Assembly: GCA_002633005.1 (NCBI GenBank)
Contig: NMRA01000145.1
Location: 213,898-277,897 of the forward strand
Origin: Phoronis australis
Taxonomy: Eukaryota > Animalia > Phoronida
Length of the DNA stretch: 64,000 nucleotides
Direction of reading: 5' to 3'
The position numbers and the translations under genes were made by a program. Shown one piece after another: positions 1-21,489 of this stretch (the first letter of the stretch is position 1; the number at the start of each line of letters is the position of its first letter). The notes below the pieces were generated by a model. That model saw only the letters and a list, made by a program, of their open reading frames with translations. It searched no databases and was not told where the DNA came from.

Positions 1-27
1 TTCAAATCCGTCATTGGTTGTTTTCAG

Positions 28-101
28 TGCTCAAAGACAGGTGTTGGAAGCCAAACATTCGGATGTTGAGTACCAGATCCGTCTGCTAATGAACAAGCCA
101 G
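28..101 (+). CDS. Duplicate copy of a bMERB-domain exon (AQRQVLEAKHSDVEYQIRLLMNKP); probable allelic haplotype copy of exon 1121-1194
   Basis: ttttcag|...ccag|gtaatg, 74 bp, two synonymous differences from 1121-1194. Block 1-512 matches ~1094-2023 (minus one MITE) and ends at the n at 513. Confidence 0.7.
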
Positions 102-710
102 GTAATGTCAAGGACTTGAATACGATTTTGGTTTACCTGCAAGACTTGTCTACAAATTAGAATGCTAGTATTGCAAACTTGAAAGATAGTAGAAGTATGG
201 TAAAAACTATTCTGTCCCCAGATGTGGCTTAGTTTAATGGAAAGTCACCTTACATTCAATGTAGTTGTTATTATATTCGGCCAGGTCAACACCCTTGCTC
301 TGCTAAACAGCGACCCCTGTAGTCACATTTGTTCACTTGTTCCGTTGTCCTCATCCTTTGATTTTGTAATTTCTCATATTTACTGACTGTGGGCGTTAAG
401 TCGAATATGTGCGGTATATTCTCAAACTTTCTGTGAGTGCCCCATAGGCGATAATCAAGCGACGCGCTTAAGTCTGTCACATGGATGCTACAAGTTAAAA
501 CAATACTTTGCGNAAAAGTGTGAATACAATTTCTGGCTGAGTGATGTACGAAAATACCAAGACTACTTGTGTGATAGGCTGTCAGTCCCATTTATCTTCC
601 ATATATGGATAGAAGGTATATCTTTGCTGATCAATCCATTTAACAAATACTGTATTGACCAATCATTGCTGCCAGTGTCAACCTAAATGATGTCTATGTG
701 TCGTATACAG

Positions 711-3599
711 AGGCGGAGTCAGGGGAAGATGACAGTATGCTGGTCAAGTTTTTTGAGATGGTCAACGAAAAGAACCAGCTACTGCGACAAGAAAATGACC
801 TTGTCCTAATGTAAGTGGAGTCTCTTCAGTGATAAGTTGGTTCCATTGTGTTTTGTACTGTCAGCGACTCAGGAAAATGCTTCAGCATTTATTGGGATTG
901 GTGAATCCTAAAATTGCAGATTCAAAAATGGCACAATGTAGCCTTGACTTTAGTTTGTAACAGAAGTGGAATCCTGGCACTCTAAGGAAAATTGTGAGAC
1001 TGATTTTAGGTGTTTTAGGTGAGTAAAAGCTTTGATTCAATCTGTGTTTTTAAGCCAGCGAAATGGGGTGAAGTGCAGCTTTTAATTGTAAAATTCAAGT
1101 CCGTCATTGGTTGTTTTCAGTGCTCAAAGACAGGTGTTGGAAGCCAAACATTCGGATGTCGAGTATCAGATCCGTCTGCTAATGAACAAGCCAGGTAATG
1201 TCAAGGACTTGAATACTTTCTACGATTTTGGTTTACCTGCAAGACTTGTCTACAAATTAGAGTGCTAGTATTGCAAACTTGAAAGATAGTCCTTTGGTAG
1301 AAGTGTGGTACAAACTATTCTGTCCCCAGATGTCGCTTAGTTTAATGGAAAGCCACCTTACATTCAATGTAGTTGGTATTATATTCGGCCTGGGCCCATT
1401 GTCCAATCTTTTTACTCGAAATGGAACCCAAAATTAGGTTTGGCATTTTCTACTCTACTTTTGGGCGAACTCAAGATAAGTGTCTATCATTCTATGCTCG
1501 AGTACACAATAACTTATGTAGATAATTTATTGCCCTTAGTTCACAGTTTGTAAACCCAATATTAAAGCAATAAGTTCGAGTTTGAACTCGAAATTTCAAG
1601 TTTTTACCCGAGTTTGTAGCACGAATATAAGGGTCTTCAAGGGCAAACTTGAACTAGAAACTCCTATGCATAAACTATAATGTATTCGAGCACAGTCTGA
1701 TAACCAATTATCTTAAGTTCGCACAAAAGGAGCAGAGAAATTGCCAAAAATAGTTTCGAGTTCGTTTCGAGTACAAAGATTAGAGACCGGGCCCAGGTCA
1801 ACACCCTTGCTCTGCTAAACACCTACCCCTGTAGTCACATTTGTTCACCTGTTCCGTTGTCCTCATCCTTTGATTTTGTAATTTCTCATATTTACTGACT
1901 GTGGGCGTTAAGTCGAATATCTGCGGTATATCTTCAAAATTTCTGTGAGTGCCCCATAGGTGATAATCAAGTGATGTGCTTAAGTCTGTCACATGGATGC
2001 TACAAGTTAAAACGATACTTTGCGACCTCCATGTGACATCATTTGGCATGGGAAATCTTATTATTTACTGCAGTTTTTTTAACTGTGAAAAATAAAGATT
2101 CTATTTCGCAATCTACCTCAGTATTTTAAAATTTGATATAATGATTTTTCCAAAATTTCCAGTCAATAATTTCTGAAAATGTTTGTAATCTCACCAAGTG
2201 TCATGTCCGTAGTATGTTTCAACTTAAAGAGGTATTTGCAATTCATAAGTAAGAGTTGCTGAGTCTTCTTACACGTCATCTGTTGGTCACATCATGCGGC
2301 CTATAGTTTAGTCTGAGAAGATCTGTTTTACAACAACAAAATTATATATTTGCAATGTGTTGCTATCCTTATGTGTGTAGAAAATAAGAAGACGGACAAT
2401 GAGAAGCGTGAGGAGCAAGTTCTTGTGGATAAACTGGTGGAGATTGTGACAGAGAGGAGTAAGATTGAGGAACAAATAGAGATGGAGAGGATAAGGTAAG
2501 TGTCCTTGTCATCTGTGACTGATACAGACAGTGTAGTTGAGTGCAGTCAAGAATTCATTATCACAGCTCATTGCTTTTGACGAATCTCCAAGACAAGAGA
2601 GTCTTTGAAATTTGCTGTTGGGATACAAATTGTGCTAACCATCTCGGGCTCTTTTTCAATATTAAAGAGGACACCTGTATCCTTATCTATGTTTGTGCTG
2701 AAAAATTGAGTTTGGGCAAAGGTCTCACATTATTTAATAAAATGGTAGACATTATTTAAAAAGCCTGGTATTATTGCTAGTTAGTAAGCTTGGAGGTTGA
2801 TCACTGCGGTGGAGAGCATATTAAAACTTATGATGGCTGACGAAACACGTTTGCCAAAACTGGCATATTCTGCAGCAGTGTCACGTGTTTCTTTGACGTA
2901 CATGATTATACTGCTCTAAGAGACATCATTTTGACACAGAGACATTTTTAGCGTAACAAACATAACACCTGGCATGTACTAGTTAAGCAAATGAATCGAA
3001 AAGCACAGATGATTCTGGTGCTCATTTTATTTGTGTATCGTTTGCGTATCGGTTTTCAAAAGAATTTTTTTGTTAGAAATGTGATGTTCAAGTGGAACTT
3101 GCAAGTTAATTATCTCTGTGATTGCTTGGCCAGACTAGTTAGAAACACAACATATAGCGACGATGTGAATGTGAAGTAGGTTGAAAATTGCACAAGAGTT
3201 TTTAAGAATGAGTTTTATAGTGAAAATGACACATTGTAAATCAATGAACAGTGTCTGGGGAATAACACTGCATGTTGCGGGCTATGCGAGTCCGTTAGGT
3301 ACGTCATTTGTGCAAGGGTCACCTATTTGCAGAATTATGGTTTTCACATTTACAAGTTGTCAATGAATACAGCTGCACTTTGTTTAGCGTATGTTATGTT
3401 CAAATAGCATTGCCATTTAGTTCTTGCTGTACATCAGAATAGTTGGGAGCATGCTAATACATCTTTAAAGGCCATTTTCATTCCACATATTTACAGAGCA
3501 CAAGAGGAGGACGAGCAGATTGCTCAAGTGATGGCTTTGAAACTGGTGGATGGAAATGTGCAGAATAAGAAGAAGAAGGACAAGAAGAAGAAGAAATAG
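711..3599 (+). CDS. 3' part of a bMERB (DUF3585, Rab-binding) domain protein, MICAL/MICAL-like/EHBP1 family
   Basis: Exons 711-810, 1121-1194, 2381-2495, 3497-3599 (TAG 3597-3599), all AG/GT and in phase: AESGEDDSMLVKFFEMVNEKNQLLRQENDLVLIAQRQVLEAKHSDVEYQIRLLMNKPENKKTDNEKREEQVLVDKLVEIVTERSKIEEQIEMERIRAQEEDEQIAQVMALKLVDGNVQNKKKKDKKKKK*. Classic bMERB pattern; no CaaX box, so MICAL-like is favoured over EHBP1. The 5' part lies outside the window. Confidence 0.85.
1393..1793. mobile_element. PIF/Harbinger-type MITE (~400 bp) with long imperfect TIRs and CWG target
   Basis: Flanked by CTG (1390-1392) and CAG (1794-1796); ends GGCCC.../...GGGCC with >100 bp of imperfect inverted repeat. The empty site ttcggCCAGGtcaac is visible in the duplicate copy at ~276-290. 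Confidence 0.75.
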
Positions 3600-6227
3600 A
3601 TGAGGAGATAACCGATTGGAAACAAACTGTGAGATTATTGAAGCAGGGGTGGCAGAATTATTCAGTAGGTTGCCTGGCAATGCTTTGAAGCCTTCAATTC
3701 ATCCTGCACACAATCATCCATTTATTCAGTGTCTCTTAAGCTCTGTTCACTTAAGATTTGTGGTTAATAACAGTGCAAATCCAATCATATCCAAATTTTC
3801 TGACCACAAAGGACATTACCAATTGTCTAGGGGCCGATGGCCCTACAGGTCCACTCGCCTCCAAAGTGCAATTTGGCAAAATGGTTCATAGCCAGGTTTT
3901 AATCCAAGATCAGTCTTCATACTTGAGCAGTACGAAATCTAGCTCAAATACCAGAAAGGTGGTTGATTTGATCTTACAAGAGGATTAGTGTTCAACTTGC
4001 CTGATACTTAGCAGTGTAGCCTAGGGCGTGTTCTGTTGACGCAAGACACTAGCAAGTAAAGCTAGTGTGATTACGTTCTTCGCTTTTAATCTATGGCGAC
4101 ATTGTGTAAGGTGTTATTGTGGGATCTCGTTTTTCTCACAAATTTACTCTGTGCAGCGCAGCCCAGGTGGTCAGCATTGTATGGCCACTCAATATATGTT
4201 TACTGACTGAGATTTAATCAACCTTTAAACCATAATATGTTGATGGCAAATGTGTCTCATATGCATTTAACTTCCCTAAGAGTGACTTCTCTGCTACTTT
4301 GGTAACTCTAGTCATAATCAATCAAAGGCAAACATCCTTGGTGTTATGATATGATTACTTTCAATGTCTCATCTATAATACTTGGTATTTTGAAGAACTG
4401 AGGTCTTGATTGGCTATTGAAAAATAATTTTAATTTCGATAACTGAGTGACTGTTGTGTTTTACAAATTTGCTGTGATATGTGGTTGTGAGTTTGAGTCG
4501 TTTGTATGTGGCTAGTCATTTACACTGTATTGTGAGACAAAAGAAACTGTTCAGTGGTAGTTAAAAGATTTTCTGGAAGCAATGGCTCCTCAAAATCACC
4601 AACAGGTGAATTGTATTTCGATGGGATTTCTTATGCCCGAGATTTTCTGATTGGGTATTGACTGGGTGCTACTGTGGAAAGACGAAGTATGTTAGAAATT
4701 CTTTGGTTTGGGAAACAATATGGTAGACAAATGAAATTTTATTTTATCAAACGTCTCAACAAGAACAACTTTGAATAAAGTTTTAGTCTTTTATAAGTGT
4801 GGTTGGCATAGTCAAAGCTGCCACCAAGCATTTGGAAAAATTAGAGGATTAGTAGCAAGACTGTGGAACTTTTTATTTTCGAAATATGTACTGTAAAATC
4901 TCACCATATAAGGACTGTCACACAAGTTGGACAAGTGAAATTTTATTTTCTCGTAAAAGATTATTCACACAAAGTAAATGTATTATCATTTTGTATCCGT
5001 GTGTACCATTGCTCCCGTTCGATAAAATTTCAACAAATTGTGAATATTCAGAACGATGTTAAAAGCCTTTGAAGAATGAAAAGATGGGGAATTATTTTTT
5101 CCGAAATTGGTGAGATTTTACCATAATCAAAATGAATTTACCAGAAGATATCTTCAGTTGAGTTATGCAGTTGACAGCCAAGTTTGTGTTTGTGGTAGTC
5201 TGTTGGATAGTGACTTTGTAATATCCAGGTCAGTTTGAAAGTGTCTCTGGTCTGAACAAATATGCATGTATGTGATGATTTTCGAAAATTAAGTGTGCAA
5301 TTATTGAGCTCTTATATTTACCGAGATTTTGTGACCTTATGTTTAAGAAATGTAAGTATGGTTTTATTATTAAGGAATGTGCCTTAAGATTGTTTTTTTA
5401 ACTTATTTCTAGATTTTTTGCAATGCTTGTGAAGTCAGTGTGTTGTAAACTAGATGATAATTTAAAGTAGCATTGAAATACTTTGTTCAGTGTAAAGATG
5501 GGTACTGGTATGATATATCGTGCTCGAATTTGTTTTCTGCACTAAATAACGAGCATCAAACTGGTTCTCAAAATACGGGCACATTATATTTGACTATTGC
5601 CTAAAGATGTACAATTTTAGTTGCTGTCATCTATGCGCTATGTGTCTTTTTCATGGCTAATTGGTTTTATGTTATCTTATTAAAATTTTGTATAAATTTT
5701 CTTGATTTTAGCAAAGAACTTCCAAAAAAGTTAAACCATGAGTGTTTTGCTTTTTGGTTTATTTGTTCATCACTTACATATTAAATATATCCAAGATTTG
5801 GTCTGCATCTATGGAATCTGGTCAGTGAATTAATGTCACATTACTAATGTGCTGATCCAATTTGTGTAGTATTATTTTATTATTTTTGTTAGTTACGTCA
5901 TATTTATTATTCATTTGCTGGCATAATTGCGATGTTTTGTCTCTGCCTAATTTTGTTTATATGCCTACGCAACTTTGTGCTATAAGTTAGCGCCCGATTT
6001 TGTAAAATCTGATGTGCAGCTTTGGTCGAAAGTCGTGCCAAAGTCTTCAGGTTCAAATGCAGTGTCCGCCGTTTTTTTTTTTGTATAATTATGGTGCTAA
6101 AATTGTTGTTGTTGGGGATTGCATTTGGGAGAACATTACAGTTTACCCGTATGGTCATTGTAAATGGTTATGACCTTTACTACTGTAAGTCTTACGATTA
6201 TGTTATGAAATGCAATGTAGTTGTACC

Positions 6228-6233
6228 AATAAA
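6228..6233 (+). terminator. Candidate polyadenylation signal of the bMERB gene (3' UTR ~2.6 kb)
   Basis: AATAAA at the end of a long T-rich UTR-like tract (3600-6240). An opposite-strand AATAAA (tttatt) lies about 25 bp further on. Confidence 0.45.
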
Positions 6234-7848
6234 AACTGTCAAGAAAGTTGATTTTTATTAAAGCTGAACAACAGATTAGAATTAAAGGGAAACTTCACAT
6301 TGCATAATACAATGTGAAAATCAATGGCCTTGTAAATTGTGAGAATGGTGCAAACCCGCCAATCATTACGACCTATCTCTATACCACATTCATGCATACT
6401 ATTTCCCTCTGTTTAAAGCAGCATTAAACTTGTGCTTTCTGTCAAAAGCCAAGTTTTGATGTGGGACACCAAACGCTATGAAATTGGTCTGAAATTGTTC
6501 CTTGGTCACATTAAAGGTGATTTCAGGCCTTGGAAAGAACGGACAGTCTGTTATTTCTTCGTGTCNGGGGGGGGGGGTTCAGGGGTTTAACCCCCCCCTT
6601 GAGCCAGGACCCAAAAATAAAAAAACGTCTCCAGCAAAACAAAAACGGCACCGCCAGCGTGTGCAAACCCCAAGTAAACCAAATTGAGGGGGAGAGGTTC
6701 ACTCTGAAAATATTTTTTTTTTGCATTGTGAATTGCGCGCGCGCTTCCGTCGACACTCAGTCTGAAGTAGCCAAGCATTTTAGATGTATCCACCGCTGAA
6801 AGAGCAGCTCTATAGCTGATTTCTTTAGGTAACTAGCTTCTTTACTCTAAGATATGTTTTGATTTGATTAGGGAAAATACTGCGGTGCCGCAACCCTGAT
6901 ATTCAGGCGAATTGACGTGCAACGTTTTTACCTCATCTGTCTTGCCGTGTCATTCTATTACACTCCACACGTTTGTAACTCGAGTTTGAGTGATGTATAG
7001 TAAAGTTGTCTCGGCAATATCATACAGTGTACATGTAATATTTTTGAAAAAAAAATCTTTTTCCGAGGAAATGCTATTATGACGGGCGCCGTGGTCTGGT
7101 CGCGAGTCCGTTTGAAGATACACTCTAACAAGTTATGTCTATTCAAGGAATAACCAAGGGGGCACTCACATTGACAACAAAGTGACCGCATTCGCTAACA
7201 GTGTACAGTACCAGAAATTGTGCAGTGGGGAGGCTGTTCTTTCACAACAAAGTCTTGCGGGACTCGTGCGATGTTTAACAGGCCTCCTAAGGAGCCCTAG
7301 TTCCGACCTCAACAGCTACCGTCTTTCTACCTGCAATAAGCACACTGCCGTCTTCTATACTGGGAATTTCCGCAGAAAGGCCCACCCGATGAAACGCTCA
7401 TGCCCATGGGCATTTATTTGATGTTAGTACTTCGGGTTTCAAGCGTTCAGACATTGGGACGTTTATGATTTCGAAAAGATGCAAATAGGTCCTGGGATAC
7501 ATCGCCAAGGTTTGAAGTAGTCCATGATGAACGGGTCAAATTTAGTTGCGAATGTAAGTCTTTTGAATGGACTTGGCATACTTTGTGCCAACTTATCTGC
7601 GAAACGAGATGCTGGCATGTAGAGGCTTACAAGCTCTGACACAGCAGTTGACGAAGTGCAAGCGTTAGGTACAAACATCAAAGATATCTGGGTAGAATGG
7701 TTCCAAGACGAGCAAACCATTGCCGGATCCGATATACAGATTCCTCGGCAGTCTAGACAAATGACAGAAGGATAGGACTAACGTATTAGTAACCACTGGG
7801 GATTAAAAAGTGTCTAGAGAGAAGTTTTCGAGTCCAAATTTTTTGCAT

Positions 7849-8676
7849 CATGGGCGGATTTTGGGGGGGCCCAGGCCCTCCCCTGGCTGCCGCAAAAAAC
7901 AGTAAGAGCGTAGGGAANGGCGACCGGCAGTGGCGCTGCGCACTACGACTCCGTTTCCGTCGTCTGCTCCACTGTGCAATGAAGAAATTTACTTCATTTT
8001 TTAAAGAAAATGGAACCTGAGTGACGATGAAAAAACAGAAGCTGCTGGTAAGATATGAATTTTAATCGAAGCCTTAGTGAATCACTCAGAAACTCGCAAT
8101 ACTCTCGTTGTCAAACCTTATCTTAAGACGATTTCCAAAGCAATCCCGTCATTATTGCCAACACGAAAAACGGATTTGGTCCTTTGGGCATTTGAAGACT
8201 ATTTTAAATACAACAAATTTGTGAAGAACCTATTGCAAGAAATATAAAACGTATAATAAGCATTACAAAAAGAAGTAGGTTTCGCGCGCAAACGCTGTGA
8301 ACCATAAACAAGTATGTCTCTTAGTAATAGATTTGGAATTAAATCGTTGTGGTGTAGTGGTAAAGCACGCGCGGCCTATCCGCCAGGTCGTGAGTTCGAG
8401 TCTCTGGCAGTAGCAGTTTTTCCTGTTTGACACGTTCTCTATTTTTTTATTTTTGCCTTTTTTTCTTGGATAATACTGGCTTCAGGAATCAAGGAAAATG
8501 CTTGATTTTTAGAGGAAAAAACAGAAAAATTTCCTGGGCGGGAGGGGGCCAAAGCTCCCTCCCGACCTGTCCCCCATTTGGTGCTATGCGCATCTCTAAT
8601 TATCGTGGTTTGCGCAAATGCTTACAACCGGACAAAATGTTGGCCCCCTCCTTGCGATATCCTAGATCCGCCACTG
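7849..8676. mobile_element. CA..TG short-TIR non-autonomous element, copy 1 (broken by n at 7918), carrying a tRNA-like cassette
   Basis: Ends catgggcggattt / agatccgccactg; 7919-8676 is highly similar to 36039-36789. Confidence 0.7.
8344..8415 (+). repeat. tRNA-derived (SINE-head-like) sequence inside the MITE; not a functional tRNA
   Basis: A-box-like tggtgtagtgg and B-box gttcgagtc at tRNA spacing; acceptor stem does not pair cleanly; degenerate second copy at ~36457-36530. Confidence 0.55.
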
Positions 8677-9572
8677 TCTCAGTGTACATTTGATCCCTCT
8701 TCAAACTGGTCCAGTATATCTTTTCACCACTTTGCACAGGATGTTTTGATTTCGTGAACCTGTTTTCAGATGATTTGTTTCTTGATACATTTGACTTTTT
8801 TCAATTGTTTTCAACGTGATTTAGCTTAATTAGGTGATACTTTATTATTTATTGTCGCTTTTAATAATAGAATATGAGCTGAGAGCACCATCGTTCACCA
8901 GTTTTTCTCATAACGAGACAGAACACGTTGATTTACAGACTAACAGTACAGGTCTTCGTTCTTGAACAACTTGAGGCTGCTGTTACGCAATCATCTCATA
9001 CTCAAATTTTTACGCCCCGTTGGTGCTCCTTATGCTCTTGAATATTTGGAAGTTCTCTAAACCCCTGTATACACACCACACTTTTTCGTATACGACTTTT
9101 CGTATGCTAAAAAGGTGCGTGTGTAAGCAGATGTTCCGAACAAAAATTTTTGCTGGTGGCGTGACTCATATCCAGATGTGCACAATATGGTTTCATGAAA
9201 CTTATGATCCAAGTTCATGTGACGAAATCGAGAAGGGTTTTAAATTATCTTAAGAAAAACTCCGGAGACATGTTAAGTGCCAGTAACTTACCAGGATGCA
9301 TGGAAATTTCACTATTTGGCTACAAAAACAAAAAATGTCTAACACGGGAGGGGGGTTTCCTGTTAAATATTTTCATTTTATTCCACTGCTGGATGGTAGA
9401 GTGCTGTTATATTTTAGAAATGTCCCCACCCTGGCTTAGATTTTAACTCAAAACACTCCACAGCACGACTTTTCACTCAAAATGTGATACTTTTTGGCTA
9501 CACCTGCCCGTTAACCACCACCCTCACAGTATTCACTGACTAATATTAATTCAAATAAAACACATTTGACTG

Positions 9573-12474
9573 ACTTGAGTATGAATACAGTATATTATTA
9601 ATTTGCATTTCAATTTCAAAAAATGTAAAAAATCTCTTGCCTATTAGAAATAAGAACCATCATATAATTATTACAATGAAGCAAATCGGATTGACCCGGT
9701 TCTCTCCCTATTTACTGCTCATCGTGTTAGTTATAAATTTATCTAATCAAAATAAGCTTGATAATATCAGTAAAGACAGCGATAATTATTAAACAACAAT
9801 GTTCCGGTCTGCACAGCCTGCGGTGAATATGTTGGCTAGGGTTCACCACTAGCCTTGTGTGTCCCCGCACGCTGCAGACATGGGGGATAGCAGTGGTTGG
9901 GTCATGGCATTTAGATTCGAGAGATTTCATTCAATGCACTGCTGTCATTTTTCAAATGCATCGTAGGGCGGTTATTGGTTCGTAAACATCCGATGAAATC
10001 ACGGATAACGTGTGAATGTGTAAAGTGATTTATATTTTGCACTTTACGTGGCAAGATTTAACTTCACTGTAATCGTGCCCTCGAAAATCACACAAAATTT
10101 ACTAATCTATGTTTAAATTTGAGGCATTATGAGGTTTACTTCCACTTAATTTGAATGACGGTTGCTTTGTCGTACCCACACTAAAAAGCATGTTGCAGCG
10201 GTCATGTTCTGTCAATTTTGGTGCACTCAAGTGATAGCTGTTGTTTTTCATCACATTGTTAACATGTGACCAAGTTACAGGTGATGTCACCGCATGTTTA
10301 CTAGGCAACAAACATACCACAAGGTATTACAAATCCCACGAATTTCCAGAGTAAATAGAGAATATGGCTGGCAGTTACGTCCTACTTCTGTCAGACTAGT
10401 ACTAATCTCTTGACAAACACAAAAAACCGTGGCCTATAACACAAACACCAATTATCTGACCACCAAGCAAACAACGGAATACAAGCAAAACCACATGATG
10501 CAATACTAATGCAATGCATATACTGTGCCTAGAATCCAAAATAAACCATTTACATTGGACCTGACACTTGCACAAGGCCAATCCTACATAACTGAGAGAT
10601 TTTAACTCGCTTATCTGAGGGGCCGAGTTCACACACAGAAACTGTAGCAAACTTTGTCAGAGTTGAGCAATGATTCTTTTTATGTGAGTTTAATTAGAAG
10701 AACTCATTCGAATAACAAAAATAACATACTGTGTGAGTATTCAACGATCTGAAATGTCTCATTTTATGCAATTTGTCTCAAAATAAGTGCAACTTTTGAC
10801 ATAACATCCACAGTATTGTTCGACCATTATAACACGATACGCGATGTCATTATACCATTGCTGTCCATCCAGTGTCTTATAATGATCCTGACTATGTTCT
10901 GTGAACATGAGACTGATAAAACAAGTGGTCACATTGTAATAAACCATATCTGATTATTCCTGCTTTTCAAAGGCTCGTTTCTCGAAGTCTAAAGCCAAAA
11001 GTAGATTTCTTTGGTCTTTTTGCTTNACTTGAGTATGAATACAGTATATTATTAATTTGCATTTCAATTTCAAAAAATGTAAAAAATCTCTTGCCTATTA
11101 GAAATAAGAACCATCATATAATTATTACAATGAAGCAAATCGGATTGACCCGGTTCTCTCCCTATTTACTGCTCATCGTGTTAGTTATAAATTTATCTAA
11201 TCAAAATAAGCTTGATAATATCAGTAAAGACAGCGATAATTATTAAACAACAATGTTCCGGTCTGCACAGCCTGCGGTGAATATGTTGGCTAGGGTTCAC
11301 CACTAGCCTTGTGTGTCCCCGCACGCTGCAGACATGGGGGATAGCAGTGGTTGGGTCATGGCATTTAGATTCGAGAGATTTCATTCAATGCACTGCTGTC
11401 ATTTTTCAAATGCATCGTAGGGCGGTTATTGGTTCGTAAACATCCGATGAAATCACGGATAACGTGTGAATGTGTAAAGTGATTTATATTTTGCACTTTA
11501 CGTGGCAAGATTTAACTTCACTGTAATCACGCCCTCGAAAATCACACAAAATTAACTAATCTATGTTTAAATTTGAGGCATTACGAGGTTTACTTCCAGT
11601 TAATTTGAATGACGGTTGCTTTGTCGTACCCACACTAAAAAGCATGTTGCAGCGGACACATGCTGTCAATTTTGGTGCACTCAAGTGATAGCTGTTGTTT
11701 TTCATCATATTGTTAACACGTGACCAAGTTACAGGTGATGTCACCGCATGTTTACTAGCCAAGAGACGTACCACAAGGTATTAGAAATCCCACGAATTTC
11801 CAGTATAAATAGAGAATATGGTTGGCAGTTATGTCCTAATTTTGTCAGACTAGTACTAATCTCTTGACTTACACAACAAAACCGTGGCCTATAACACAAA
11901 CACCAATTATCTGACCACCAAGCAAACAACAGAATACAAGCAAAACCACATGATGCAATACTAATGCAATGCATATACTGTGCCTAGAATCCAAAATAAA
12001 CCATTTACATTGGACCTTGCACAAGGCCAATCCTACATAACTGAGAGATTTTAACTCGCTTATCTGAGGGGCCGAGTTCACACACAGAAACTGTAGCAAA
12101 CTTTGTCAGAGTTGAGCAATGATTCTTTTTATGTGAGTCTAATTAGAAGAACTCATTCGAATGACAAAAATAACATACTGTGTGAATATTCAACAATCTG
12201 AAATGTCTCGTTTTATGCAATTTGTCTCAAAATAAGTGCAATTTTTGACATAACATCCACAGTATTGTTCGACCATTATAACACGATACGCGATGTCATT
12301 ATACCATTGCTGTCCATCCAGTGTCTTATAATGATCCTGACTATGTTCTGTGAACATGAGACTGATAAAACAAGTGGTCACATTTTAATAAACCATATCT
12401 GATTATTCCTGCTTTTCAAATGCTTTTTTCTCGAAGTCTAAAGCCAAAAGTCAATTTCTTTGGTCTTTTTGCTT
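9573..12474. repeat. Tandem ~1.45-kb duplicate (9573-11025 / 11027-12474) downstream of the ERLIN stop; probable haplotype-duplication artefact
   Basis: Two near-identical copies joined exactly at the single n at 11026; paired spurious ORFs (9739/11193, 10102/11556, etc.). Confidence 0.8.
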
Positions 12475-13359
12475 TGGCTTTTAGTCTGCAATGAGTGAGC
12501 TATGCATTTGTTTCTTCTGACTTCAAGTTGCAAACATATTTTCTGCAAAATTAAGTGAAACAGGCCAAGCCATCTGTAAAGTGACTTTTAGCCATAAAGA
12601 AACAGCTCCCAGGAAGATCGCACAAAATCAAACCATGTTACAACAGACTTGGTATATCATATCCGCTCGTTCATAGCGTTCCATTCTGTTTATCAGTTAT
12701 CTTGGTTACAGCGAAGTCTGACGATAACGAACATTTTGGTAAGGTCCTGGAGAGGCTTGTTGTAACATGGTTCAACTGGGGGAGAAATACCTAACTTCTG
12801 ATCTTTACAAAAAAATACCATACGACCACTTTGTGACACCAAAACACCAATTAATTTACAACAGATGTCTATTCTACACATAAACTACTAACAACAAAGT
12901 GCTGGCAGACATCAAGTCAACAGTTGCCAAGTGAGGACAGTTGCGTACAAGCCAGCTGCTGTGAAAAAGCAACAAAATGGTTTCAAAATACTGAGCACAA
13001 AACAGGGTAATGGTAGACGGAAAACAAACTCAGCATCCCTATTATCCAGAATAGACATCAAACTCACACTAACGATTTTAAAAAGAAAGCAAAGGATACA
13101 AATCACATAACTACAATCACCCATACCCTGCTTCATGAAGATGTCCATTGGTTTGTAGTTTAGTTACTCTATTTCTACAGATCCTGTGATGCCAATGGAA
13201 CTAAGATTATCTTTACATTCACAGTATACGAAGTAATCAAAAATATTTTGATATGTGTGAATGTGTGTGTGTTTTATTCATTATATTAAAACCAAAATTT
13301 TTGATATGAACTATTATTAAACGTTTTGTAACGTAAACCAACAATTTGTGATAATTTCC

Positions 13360-21489
<8,130 letters not shown>

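Noticed and set aside
1-2023. Apparent tandem exon duplication in the bMERB gene (possible mutually exclusive exons)
   Set aside because: The first copy ends exactly at an n (513), is out of exon order and differs only by SNP-level changes and one MITE; best explained as two haplotypes scaffolded in tandem.
8344-8415. Possible genuine tRNA gene
   Set aside because: Acceptor and anticodon stems do not pair convincingly, it sits inside a repeated MITE and the second copy has a broken B-box.
9573-12474. Duplicated short ORFs (63-82 aa) suggesting a tandem small-peptide gene pair
   Set aside because: They lie downstream of the ERLIN stop in UTR-like DNA, have no coding features and are duplicated only because of the join at n 11026.
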